Part shown: one piece after another, positions 29,073-38,672 of the stretch
How the letters are laid out: each line of letters starts with the position of its first letter
Position numbering within the stretch: position 1 is the first letter of the stretch
NCBI GenBank assembly: GCA_963804165.1
Contig: CAWDPO010000046.1
Span: 128,001-192,000, forward strand
DNA from: an uncultured delta proteobacterium
Lineage (GTDB): Bacteria > Desulfobacterota > Binatia > UBA9968
DNA length: 64,000 bases
Reading direction: 5' to 3'
The notes under the pieces: model-generated
What the model saw: only the letters and a program-made list of their open reading frames with translations
Database searches by the model: none
What the model was told of the DNA's origin: nothing
Translations under genes and position numbers: made by a program

Positions 29073-30527
29073 CTAGGGCCCGCCCGCTCGTTTGCGCGCG
29101 CTTTGGAAAGACTCGGCGGCCTTGCGGACGATTTCATCGGCATCCAGCGCGACGAGCTCGCCCTTGTGCTTGAGGATCCGCCCGTCAATGACGACCGTGT
29201 CCACGTTGAACGGCTGTGCCTGCTGCACGAGCAAGAGCGCGGGATTGATGAAGGGCGCGACATTCAAGTCATTGGTTCGCACCAGGATCAGGTCGGCGCG
29301 CTTGCCGGGCGTGAGCGAGCCGGTGCGATCGGCGATGCCGAGATCTTTCGCGCCGTCGAGCGTGGCCAACTCCAGAATCCGCCTTGGCTGCACCTCCATC
29401 ACGTCCATCGAGCGCAGGTGATTGAGCTGTAGCATCAGACGCATGATGCCGAACATGTCGGCATTACCACCCACCGTGGTCGTATCCACGGACAAACTGC
29501 ATTGCACGCCTCGCTTGAGTAGATCGCCAAGATACGGCAGCCCCGAGGCCAGACGCGATGCGGTGAACGGCGCGATACTGACATGGGCTTTCGTCTCGGC
29601 GATCATCGCGCGCTCTTCGGCGGAGGCGCTGTAAGTGTGAATGAGCTGCACGTCCGGGCCCAGTAACTTGTCCTTATAGAGCATCTCAATACGACGAAAT
29701 CTTTTGATTTCGGCGAGTGAACGTCCGGCGTGCTGGGTGATGGGTAAGCCCAGGCTGCGGGCAAATTCCCATTCCTTGCGATAGACCTCCGGCGGCGTGT
29801 CGCCTGCTCCCCGCGAGGCAAAGCCCATGGTCGTCAAGCCATCGTTGGATGCGCCGAACCACTCGCGCTTCACTCGCGCGATGTCGTTGAAGTCGGCGGT
29901 CTCCTTGGGCTTCTGTTGCAAGTTGCGGCTGTAGCCGTAGGAAAAACGCGCGCGAATGCCGCAATCGCGCAACGCGCGCAGATCGGCATCGGCATAAGCG
30001 CCGGAAATAATATTGTGCGACCAGTCGTGAATCGTCGTGAGCCCGGAGTTGATCGCTTCGGCAATCGCCAGCTTAGCACTGTTGTAGGCGTCCTCCGGCA
30101 TCATCACCGGTCCAAGACGGCTCATCACCGGAAAATAATCGAAGTCGCCGTCGGCGACGACACCGCGCGCGAAGCTGCCCCAAAGATGAAAGTGCGTGTC
30201 GATAAAGCCGGGGCAGGCGATACGATTGCGGCCGTCGATTTCTTCGGCGCCGGGCGCAGAGAGATTCGGACCAACGGCAGCGAGACTACCGTTGCGCACG
30301 TGCACGTCGGCGACCGGTATATCGCCCAGTTTCGGGTCCATGGTGACGACGTACGCGTTACGCACGACAAACTCCCCGCGCGGCGGAAGTTTTCCGGAAG
30401 TCCGGTCCGCGGTCCAAAGTCTCGACTCTTGGCGCGCGGTGGTCGCGCATGCCGACAGCCCGACGGCGCCGATAGCGGCGACCGCTTCAATAAAGTTGCG
30501 ACGACTTAAGGTGTTTTCGTTTGCCAT
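29073..30527 (-). CDS. Amidohydrolase (MtaD/cytosine deaminase-like) with Tat lipoprotein signal
   Basis: SRRNFI...LSAC signal; PGFIDTHFH, ITQH, LIH, SVD and GSLTPGKRADL. Confidence 0.88.
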   Translation of the reverse strand: MANENTLSRRNFIEAVAAIGAVGLSACATTARQESRLWTADRTSGKLPPRGEFVVRNAYVVTMDPKLGDIPVADVHVRNGSLAAVGPNLSAPGAEEIDGRNRIACPGFIDTHFHLWGSFARGVVADGDFDYFPVMSRLGPVMMPEDAYNSAKLAIAEAINSGLTTIHDWSHNIISGAYADADLRALRDCGIRARFSYGYSRNLQQKPKETADFNDIARVKREWFGASNDGLTTMGFASRGAGDTPPEVYRKEWEFARSLGLPITQHAGRSLAEIKRFRRIEMLYKDKLLGPDVQLIHTYSASAEERAMIAETKAHVSIAPFTASRLASGLPYLGDLLKRGVQCSLSVDTTTVGGNADMFGIMRLMLQLNHLRSMDVMEVQPRRILELATLDGAKDLGIADRTGSLTPGKRADLILVRTNDLNVAPFINPALLLVQQAQPFNVDTVVIDGRILKHKGELVALDADEIVRKAAESFQSARKRAGGP

Positions 30528-30681
30528 GGTTGCGCTCCCTGACGTCGGTCGCTAATTTTAGCGCGAAATCAATGCGATCGTTCCGACTTTTAAGCATGTG
30601 AGCGGAGAGTAGTAAATCGTTCGACGAATAGTCAAGAAATATTACCCGTGGAATTTCCACGTACATTAATTTCGCATGGTT

Positions 30682-30755
30682 GCGTTCAAGCCGTTCAAAA
30701 AGTTTTGTTGCGATTTCTGTGTCCGACGGCTTGAACGAGCAGTTAGACTTGAGCG
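30682..30755. repeat. Degenerate TTCAA/TTGAA inverted repeat related to the 23645 element
   Basis: CGTTCAAGCCG...CGGCTTGAACG. Confidence 0.5.
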
Positions 30756-30798
30756 CCGACGACTTTCGCGCGCGTTCAGAGAAGGACCGATTCGGCGT

Positions 30799-31398
30799 TC
30801 AGGTTTGGCTACTTGTTTTGTCCCGCCACATATACCAGGTCGGTACGCCGATCAGTTCTTCATTGCGCTGCACAATGAATCCGAACTTTTCATAGAACCT
30901 GACATTTTCCGGCTTGTCGGTCTCGAGATAGCCGGCCATATTCTCTTTCTGGAGATATTCGACGTAGCGATTCATCAGCGCCGTGCCGATGCCATGTCCT
31001 TGCATTGCCGGCGCGACGCCGATGGGACCCAGATGGATGTGCGGTTCGTCGGGATCGAAGTGACACCAGCGGGCGAACCAGGCAATAACCCGCGGGCTCG
31101 CCGCGCCGAGAGGTTTTAACAAATTTGCCATGGCGTTTGGCAGCTCTTCAGGCGGTGGTAGGCAATAGGGCGACGCATTGAAGTGGGCGTAGCCGCAAAC
31201 GGCGCCATTCACCGATGCGACGATGGCTTCGCCGTGAAACATATGGCGCAGGCCGATGCGAAAGAACAGGCGATTGTAATCCATCCGTTGGGGGCCGAAG
31301 GCAGAAACGTGCAGCGGGCTTGTGATGAACGCGTTGGCGAGAACTGATAGCACGGATTCCAATTCTTTCGCGTTGTACTTTTCAATGACGATCTCCAT
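30799..31398 (-). CDS. GNAT family N-acetyltransferase
   Basis: Motif A IGVAPAMQGHGIGTALM; YLETDKPENVRFYEKFGF; ATG at 31398. Confidence 0.88.
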   Translation of the reverse strand: MEIVIEKYNAKELESVLSVLANAFITSPLHVSAFGPQRMDYNRLFFRIGLRHMFHGEAIVASVNGAVCGYAHFNASPYCLPPPEELPNAMANLLKPLGAASPRVIAWFARWCHFDPDEPHIHLGPIGVAPAMQGHGIGTALMNRYVEYLQKENMAGYLETDKPENVRFYEKFGFIVQRNEELIGVPTWYMWRDKTSSQT

Positions 31399-31418
31399 CG
31401 CGGGCCTTCTTCCCGATG

Positions 31419-32113
31419 CTAAGTGGCCACACCTTCGCCGATGGTTTGCCGGGTCATGGCGGCCAACTCGAGAACTTCCGTGCGGCCGTCTCCTTTGAAA
31501 GAAGCGCCGTGCATGATGGCGAGGATTTGCGGATTTAAATCCGCAAGTCTTCGCAAAGTAGCGTCCGTGTATGCCGTATAGGGCATGTCGTGGGCCATGG
31601 GGCCGGTCAGATTTTGTAGGATTGATTCGCGCGCGCGGCCGAGCACGCTCGTCTCCTCCAATGGCCGCGGATCTCCAGGTTGAAAAAAAAGGTCGGAGCA
31701 TAAAAGTATGCGCTCGTGGTTTCGAAAAATAATCCCGCGTCCCAGCTATGGGGCACGTGCGGTGTGGATAGAAACTGCAAACGGTGGCGTCCGATCTCGA
31801 GTATTTCGTTGTCGGCCAAAGCCCGCGCGGAACGGTCGGCGAAGTCGTTGACCATCACGACGGCGCCGACAAAGCTGCAGACAGCCTGCGCCTGCGGCGC
31901 GGTCTTCAGCCATTCGTTCAACGCGCCGCACTTGTCGGACTCGAAATGGCTAAAACCGATCCAACGCAACTTGGCGGGATCGAGGATGGAGGTATGCATT
32001 AGAAACGGCTCCTCGTCGGCGATGAGAAACTGATTGAACTGGATGCCAAATTCGGGATGAAACGTGGAAATACGATAAACATTGGCGGCAATTTCCGTCA
32101 CATGAGGTTCCAT
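31419..32113 (-). pseudogene. MBL-fold (FprA/ODP-like) protein, frameshifted with an apparent internal deletion
   Basis: [27 protein letters not shown] and AIMHG. The segment usually between HT and ILDP is missing, and there are frameshifts near 31690-31715. Confidence 0.7.
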
Positions 32114-32296
32114 GGGATGCTCCTTCTTAATGTTGACCGCGATCGAGCCAAGACATGTTAACACCCTTTTATTCTACCCTTTGAATAGCGCAATGCACGA
32201 ATCTTTCAATACGATAAAAATAATCCAACCGAGTGACGCTAGACATTCTCCCAGGGACTGATTTAAGTTCCACGTCAGTGCAGATGAGCTGGTCCA

Positions 32297-33297
32297 TGAC
32301 GAAGAAAAAGATGATCTTCGGCTTTATTTTGAGTTTGCTTATTGCCGACTGGGAGAGCGCCGGCGGGCAAATGACCAAGCTCGTGGTTGCCTATGCCTCG
32401 CCCGCGGCGACTTTTTGTCCGGGATGGATCGCTAAACGGGAAGGAATTTTTGCCAAGTACGGCCTCGACGTCGAAATGGTGCTGATGCAAGGGGCATCGA
32501 CGTATATGCCCGCGTTGGCCAGCGGCAATATTCAAGTGCTCTACGGCGGCGGCACGGCGGTGTCGCGCGCGATTGCGACGGGAGGTTTCGACGTTGTCGT
32601 AATCGCCACCGAGACGCGTTACGTGCCGTTGCGGATGATGGTCAATGCATCGATTCAAACCCCCGCTCAGCTGAAGGGCAAAAGGCTCGGCGCCGGGCAA
32701 GCCGGGCTCGACGAGTATGCCACGATTCTGTATTTGGAAAAAATTGGCTTGACTCCGAACAAGGACGTTCAGCTCGTCTATCTCGCGGGCGGCGTGCCGA
32801 GCCGGGCAGCGGCAATGAAGCAAGGATTGATCGACGGTGTGGCGGTGAATCCACCCAACGAATACGAACTCGAAAAGGCCGGCTATCGTGAGCTGGCCAA
32901 TTTCCTCGATTTCAAAATGCCCTATGCCGGCGTGCCGCACACGGTGAGTCGCGCTTTTCGCGACAAAAACCGTAAAGTCGTTGAGGATTACATGACCGCG
33001 GTGATTGAGGGCATGCAGATCTTTCGCACCAATCGGGAAAAGGCGTACAAAGCGATCTTCGAATTAACCCGGCAAAAAGATCCGGCGCTGCTCGAGCGCA
33101 CTTACGATTCCTATATGAAACAATACGACGCCATCGGCGGCGTGCCGCTACCGTGGGAGGCCGGCATTGAAAGCATGATCACCGGTTTTCACGAACGCTT
33201 TAACCCCCAGGGAATAAAAAATCGCGACGCCAAGCCCTATCTCGACCCATCGTTTGTGCAGCGCGCGGTGGAACGCTTAAAACTGCTCAAAAAATAG
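32297..33297 (+). CDS. Orphan SsuA/THI5-like substrate-binding protein
   Basis: Signal peptide; GIFAKYGLDV, QLKGKRLG and YLDPSFV. Start approximate. Confidence 0.85.
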
Positions 33298-33416
33298 CGC
33301 ATGACGCCTTGCCCAAGCTCAGTGTGTTCGTGTCACGTGCTTGGGTGTCCGCCGCGATGTCAACCGAAGGAGGGCGGTTGCGGGTCACCCGCGCCGACGT
33401 CCCAAGACAGCCAACC

Positions 33417-33443
33417 TTGACGCTTTTTGCAGAGCGGTATAAT
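33417..33443 (+). promoter_or_regulatory. Possible sigma70 promoter pointing into the IS701 insertion site
   Basis: TTGACG-15 bp-TATAAT; the spacer is short. Confidence 0.35.
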
Positions 33444-33515
33444 AATCCACGGCGACCGGATTAGAGTAGTCGCGCCTGCAGTACACACCCCATGGCGTGA
33501 ACGCCACGCGCACAG

Positions 33516-34862
33516 CTAGTACTACTGTGTCATTAACGTTGATTCACTATGCAGCACGGACATCGATCCAGTTTTCTGACGATGTTGCAAGCGAGCACGA
33601 AGCGCAGGGTGGCGAGGGAATCGGGCACGTGGCGTTGCGCGCGCTGGGCTGCCGCGCGGGATGTAATCTTGGGGTAGGGAAGGTATTTTTGATCGAGTAG
33701 AATTTTTTTTAGAGCCGTCATGTTTAAGACGTTCCGCCAACAAGAAACCGTAGGCTGCAATGCACAAGGTGGCGTGATGATGAAAGCCACGCCAGCCCCG
33801 TCCCTCGTAGTGGCTCAGGCCCAATTCCTGTTTAAGCTCCTGATAGTCCCGTTCAATGCGCCAGCGCATCTTGGCGGTATTGACCAAATCTACCAGCGCG
33901 GTATCCGCGGGCAACGTCGACAGCCAATACTTGGTCGGTTGTGCTTGATCTACAGGCCATTCGATCAACAACCATTGTTGTGCGCGGGGGGCGCGAAGCC
34001 CCTCCTTATCCCGATGCGCAGCCCGCACTCGCACCGCGGCAAAGCGCGACGACAATTTCTCGTTAGTTCCCTCGCGCCAGACCACCGTGTGCCATCGGCG
34101 TGCGGTCAACGTTTCGCTCACCCCCTTCACACTGAGCGGTGTGGCGCCGGCCATACGCTGCCAGCGTGTCCGGGACGCCCGATTTTGTTCTTGCGCTTGG
34201 GGGGCAGCGGCCCCGTGCCTGCTGCCCATACCGTGGTGACCGATTGCACCCCCACACAATACTCTAACTCCATCTCACCCAGCGCTTCACGCCACGCTGT
34301 TTCATTGCCATAGCCCGCATCCGCCAGCACAATGCCGATGGCACTGCCCGCGGCTCTGGCCGCTCGGATCTGCTCGAGCGCAATTTGGGGCTTGGTCAGA
34401 AACTTCACTGCCAGAGGAACTCCCGACTTTTTGCGACGCCGCCGATCCTTAGCCCATTTCTCCGGCAAGTACAGCCGCCAGTCAATTGGCACGCTGCCAC
34501 GCTCGCTTGCCAACGACAGACTCACCGCCACCTGACCATTGTCCTGTTTGCCCAGTTGCCCGCAGTATTGCCGCGCTACTCCTACCGAGTGCTCGCCTTT
34601 CTTCGGAAATCCGGTATCATCCACGATCCAATAAAACTTGCTCTTGCCCCTAAGCATGGGCATCACCCAATCGCGCACACACGCCAAAACCGCTCTGTCC
34701 GACCACTCCGACTGCGCCACCAAGTGATGCAGCGATTGATGTTTCGCGCTCACGTGCAACGCATTGGTATGCGCCGCCAGGGGTTCCACGCTCTTACGTT
34801 CCAGGGGCAGAATCAACCCTCGGCTGTAATCGGCAAAACTGCCGCGGCGGTCGCGGTGGGCG
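33516..34862 (-). mobile_element. IS701-family insertion sequence; transposase frameshifted (about 34170) and 5'-truncated, left end lost
   Basis: HRDR...Y.RGL.LP.ERKSVEP, WIVDDTGFPKKG.HSVGVARQYCGQLGK, ADAGYG and RWRIERDYQELKQELGL..YEGRGWRGFHHH. The ORF ends MTQ* in CTAGTACTACTGTGTCAT. Confidence 0.9.
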
Positions 34863-34926
34863 GCGTATTATATCGTCCATCGCAGCGCTCGCCGCCGGCG
34901 CCAAGGCCCTAGGCTCGGGCGAGACC

Positions 34927-37407
34927 GTGCCGATCGCGCGCTCGCCGGTGTTCGAAATCGATGAAGTCAGGCGTGAACTCGAAGCGGCTTCAGCGAAGCG
35001 CAATGAAATGGAAGCGAGCTTGCGCCAAAACGAGGCACGGCTGCGCGCGATTATCGACGCTGAACCCGAGTGCGTCAAAGTCATGGCGCCGGACGGCAAG
35101 CTTCTGGATATGAACGCGGCGGGTTTACGCATGCTCCAGGCCGAGTCGCTGGAGTCGATCGCGGATAAAAGCCTTCTCGATTTCGTGCTCCCGGGACACC
35201 GCGAAGCCTTCAGCCACTTACACCAAAGGGTGATGAGCGGGGGAAGCGGCAGGTTGGAGTTTGAAATCGCCGGGCTCAAAGGCCGACGGCGCTGGCTCGA
35301 AACCTACGCGGTGCCTTTGCGCGACGGTGGCGGGGAAGTCACCGCTTTGCTCGGTGCGACTCGAGACATCACGGAGCGCCGGCGCGCCGAAGAGCAACTG
35401 CGCTATGAGCTTCAACTAATTAAAGGCATTACGGATAGCGCGACCGAGTGTGTCTTCGTCGCGGACGCCAGCGGCAAGCTTACATTTGCCAGTCCGGAAG
35501 CGGTTAGAACCTTCGGTTTCAGCCTGGACGAGCTGCTCGGTCAATCCATGCACGAGATGCTGCATCACAGTTACCCGGATGGACGCCCGTTCCCGAGGAA
35601 CGAATGCGGGATGGCCCGAACCCGGACCGCGGGCGTCTCAATAAAGAACCATGAGGACGTTTTCTTTCGTAAGGATGGCTCCCAAGTGATCGTCGAGTGC
35701 AGCAACGCGCCGGTGGAGATCGACGGACAACAGGTCGGCGCGGTGGCGATCGTACGCGACATCACCGAGCGCAAACGGACTGAAGAGGCGCTGCGCCGCG
35801 CCCACGGCGAGCTGGAGCAGCGCGTGCGCGAGCGCACGGCCGAGTTGACCCTGTCCAATACGTTGTTGCGCGAAAGCGAGGAACTGTTGCGCGCCATCCT
35901 CAACAATAGTCCAACGCCGGTTTTCATCAAGGATCCCGCGGGTAAATACCTACATGTGAACTCCCGATTTACAGAGGCGTTCGGGTTGGAATCAGAAAAA
36001 GTCGATGGCAAAACCGACAAAGAAATATTTTCCGCGCCGCAAGCCGAGGCTTTCACGGCGAGTGACCATAAAGTTCTGGAGGCGGGCCACGCCATGCAAT
36101 TCGAAGAAGTTGCCCTATACCGGGACGGCGCGCACACCAACATCGTGAATAAATTCCCGCTGCGGGATCGGGAAGGCAATATTTACGCGCTGTGCGGCAT
36201 CGCCACGGACATCACCGAGCGCAAACATGCCGAAGAAGCGCGCCGACAACTCACGGCGGAGCTGGATCAACGGGTCGCCGAACGGACTCGGGAGTTGGCC
36301 GACTCGCAGGCGCGCTTGCGCGCTTTAGTGGCCGAGCTCACTCGTGCCGAGGAGCGCGAGCGGCGACGGCTGGCCGTCGAGCTGCACGATTACCTGGCTC
36401 AAATGCTGTTGGTGAGCCGGCTGCAAATCGATCGCGCCGGCAGCCTAGCGGTAAGCGACGATCTAAAGGAGCTGTTGGCCGAGACGCAAAACTCCCTCAA
36501 CGATTCGATCCATTACACGCGCACGCTGATGGCCGAGCTCAGCCCCAGAGTGCTTTATGATTTTGGTTTCCCGCCGGCGCTGCGTTGGCTCGCCACACGC
36601 ATGGGCCGTCACGGATTGAGCGTGGAAATCGACGGCAGCGACGAACTTTCGCTCGCGGAAGATCAGGCGGTCTTCATATTTCAGTGCGTCCGGGAGTTAC
36701 TCTGGAACGTCGTCAAGCACGCGGCAACCAATAAAGCGACGGTGTCGTACCATGTGGAACGGGAAGAACTCACGGTGGTCGTCGCCGATTATGGCAAGGG
36801 TTTTGATCCCACGATTTTATACAACACCGATAACGAGTCGGGTCAATTCGGCCTCTTTAGCGTACAGTCGCGGGTAGAGATGGTGGGCGGACGATTTGCG
36901 GTGCGCTCGTCCCCGGGTCAGGGGACTCACGTGACATTGACGTTGCCGCGGGTTTCATCGGCATATGAAAAGCCGGCCACGGCGTCACCCGAGCCACAGC
37001 CCACGTCGCACGAAGCCGGCAAACCTATCCGGATTGTGCTGGTCGACGATCATCAGATGATGCGCCAGGGGCTGCGCTCAGCTCTAGAGGGACACCCGGA
37101 GATTGTCATCGTCGGCGAGGCCGCGGATGGGCTTGCAGCCATCGCGGCGACGGAGCGCTTCGGGCCCGATGTGGTGTTGATGGATATCAATCTGCCGGAA
37201 ATGGATGGCATCGAAGCAACGCGGCGGATTTTGCAAACCCTGCCCTCGACGATCGTCATCGGGCTGTCATTTGATACCGACGAGTATGTGATTCATCAGC
37301 TAAAGACAGCGGGAGCCGTTGCTTGCGTCCCTAAAGAGCGCGCAATCGAAGATGTCTACCGAGCGATCATAGACGCGGTTCAGGGACGCCGACCGCGTTT
37401 CAACTGA
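34927..37407 (+). CDS. Hybrid sensor histidine kinase (3 PAS, HisKA_3, HATPase, NarL-type REC); N-terminus apparently deleted
   Basis: Three PAS ends RDITERR, RDITERK and TDITERK; H-box ERRRLAVELHD; NVVKHA, DYGKGF and GLFSV; REC LVDDH...LMDINLP. The upstream in-frame sequence is a HAMP remnant. Confidence 0.9.
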   Translation: MPIARSPVFEIDEVRRELEAASAKRNEMEASLRQNEARLRAIIDAEPECVKVMAPDGKLLDMNAAGLRMLQAESLESIADKSLLDFVLPGHREAFSHLHQRVMSGGSGRLEFEIAGLKGRRRWLETYAVPLRDGGGEVTALLGATRDITERRRAEEQLRYELQLIKGITDSATECVFVADASGKLTFASPEAVRTFGFSLDELLGQSMHEMLHHSYPDGRPFPRNECGMARTRTAGVSIKNHEDVFFRKDGSQVIVECSNAPVEIDGQQVGAVAIVRDITERKRTEEALRRAHGELEQRVRERTAELTLSNTLLRESEELLRAILNNSPTPVFIKDPAGKYLHVNSRFTEAFGLESEKVDGKTDKEIFSAPQAEAFTASDHKVLEAGHAMQFEEVALYRDGAHTNIVNKFPLRDREGNIYALCGIATDITERKHAEEARRQLTAELDQRVAERTRELADSQARLRALVAELTRAEERERRRLAVELHDYLAQMLLVSRLQIDRAGSLAVSDDLKELLAETQNSLNDSIHYTRTLMAELSPRVLYDFGFPPALRWLATRMGRHGLSVEIDGSDELSLAEDQAVFIFQCVRELLWNVVKHAATNKATVSYHVEREELTVVVADYGKGFDPTILYNTDNESGQFGLFSVQSRVEMVGGRFAVRSSPGQGTHVTLTLPRVSSAYEKPATASPEPQPTSHEAGKPIRIVLVDDHQMMRQGLRSALEGHPEIVIVGEAADGLAAIAATERFGPDVVLMDINLPEMDGIEATRRILQTLPSTIVIGLSFDTDEYVIHQLKTAGAVACVPKERAIEDVYRAIIDAVQGRRPRFN

Positions 37408-37459
37408 GAGCCGTTAGCGCTGCGTCCGTGCCGATCATGTCCGGCGCCATAGCTCGTGA

Positions 37460-38458
37460 TCAGCGCTTTTTGTATAACCCGTCGATATAGCCGCTTTGAT
37501 CCAGCTCTCGGATGAAACTCGAATCGACGAAGTCCTCGGGTTTGCCGGGTTTGCCTTTCGCCTCGGTCGCGAGAATTGTCTTGATCCCTTCGAGAGAGGG
37601 ATATTGCTTTCTGGCAGCACCGATTCGCTCAGTAGATTTTCCCAGGTTTTTTCCAGCACGTCGCGATCGACGGTCCGGCCGATAAACCGCGCCAGCGCTT
37701 TGATGGAGGCTTCTTTGTCGGTATAGATGCGATGCACGGCCTCCACTTGCGATTTGACATAGCGTCTGACGATGTCCGGATGCTCTCGTATATATTTCTT
37801 TGTGGTTGCCGCGGCGGTGTGTTGGTAAACCAGCCCGAGCTTGGGAAGGTCAGCCAAGATATTCATACCGCGCTTTTGCGCGATGATACTGGCCGGCGGC
37901 TGGACCACCGTCGCTTGAACTCTCCCCGTAAGTGCGGCATCCACGCGCGCCGTGGTGCTGCCGATCTGCACGATCGTGACATCTTTCCCCGGAACCAAAC
38001 CGATCTTGGACAGTGCATAGCGCGCGATGAAATCGGACGACGACCCGAAGCGGCTGATCGCCACCGTGCCTCCCTTGAGTTGTTCCGGCGTTTTAATTTC
38101 AGAGCGGGACAGCAAGTAATAATTGAGAGACGTGACGCCGCCAAGAATAAGGGTGGCGTCCGAGCCGGCCATGACTGAGTTCACGACGGCGGGGCCGGCC
38201 AATTGAGCGATCGGCGTATCCGCCGACACCAGCGCCATCACCGCCGTGGTTCCACCGGTGAAGAAGACCAGCTGGACGTCAAGCCCGTTTTTTTCAAAAA
38301 TGCCGGCATCCTTGGCGACCCAAGCAGGGAGCGCGTCGCCGCTGATGGCGCTATAGCCGACGTTGATCCTGGTCGTCTGGGCTTGCGCCAAAGCGCTGGA
38401 AAGAACGACCAGGCACAGAACCGATGAGTGCAGTTTTTACGAGAACGGTTTTTTTCAT
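37460..38458 (-). CDS. Orphan SsuA/THI5-like substrate-binding protein; frameshifts near 37610 and in the signal peptide
   Basis: GIFEKNGLDV and QLKGGTVAISRFGSSSD. The shifted C-terminus reads YPSLEGIKTIL...FVDSSFIRELDQSGYIDGLYKKR*. Confidence 0.8.
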
Positions 38459-38672
38459 CTGGGGGATTCCTTTCCTCTAGAGAGGATTCTTTGCGAGTTG
38501 CTTTACGTCCGTGGGCATTGCTTGGAGAAGAGCTATTTAGCAACGTCACGGATTGCCGCGTCATACGTCGCATCGTGTAAAATTCTTCAATGGGTTCGCT
38601 CTGTTGCTTTATCGGCCTAGGCTAGCTACAAAATAGGCAACCTTCCTATACCCTTATTACAAGGAGCACTCA

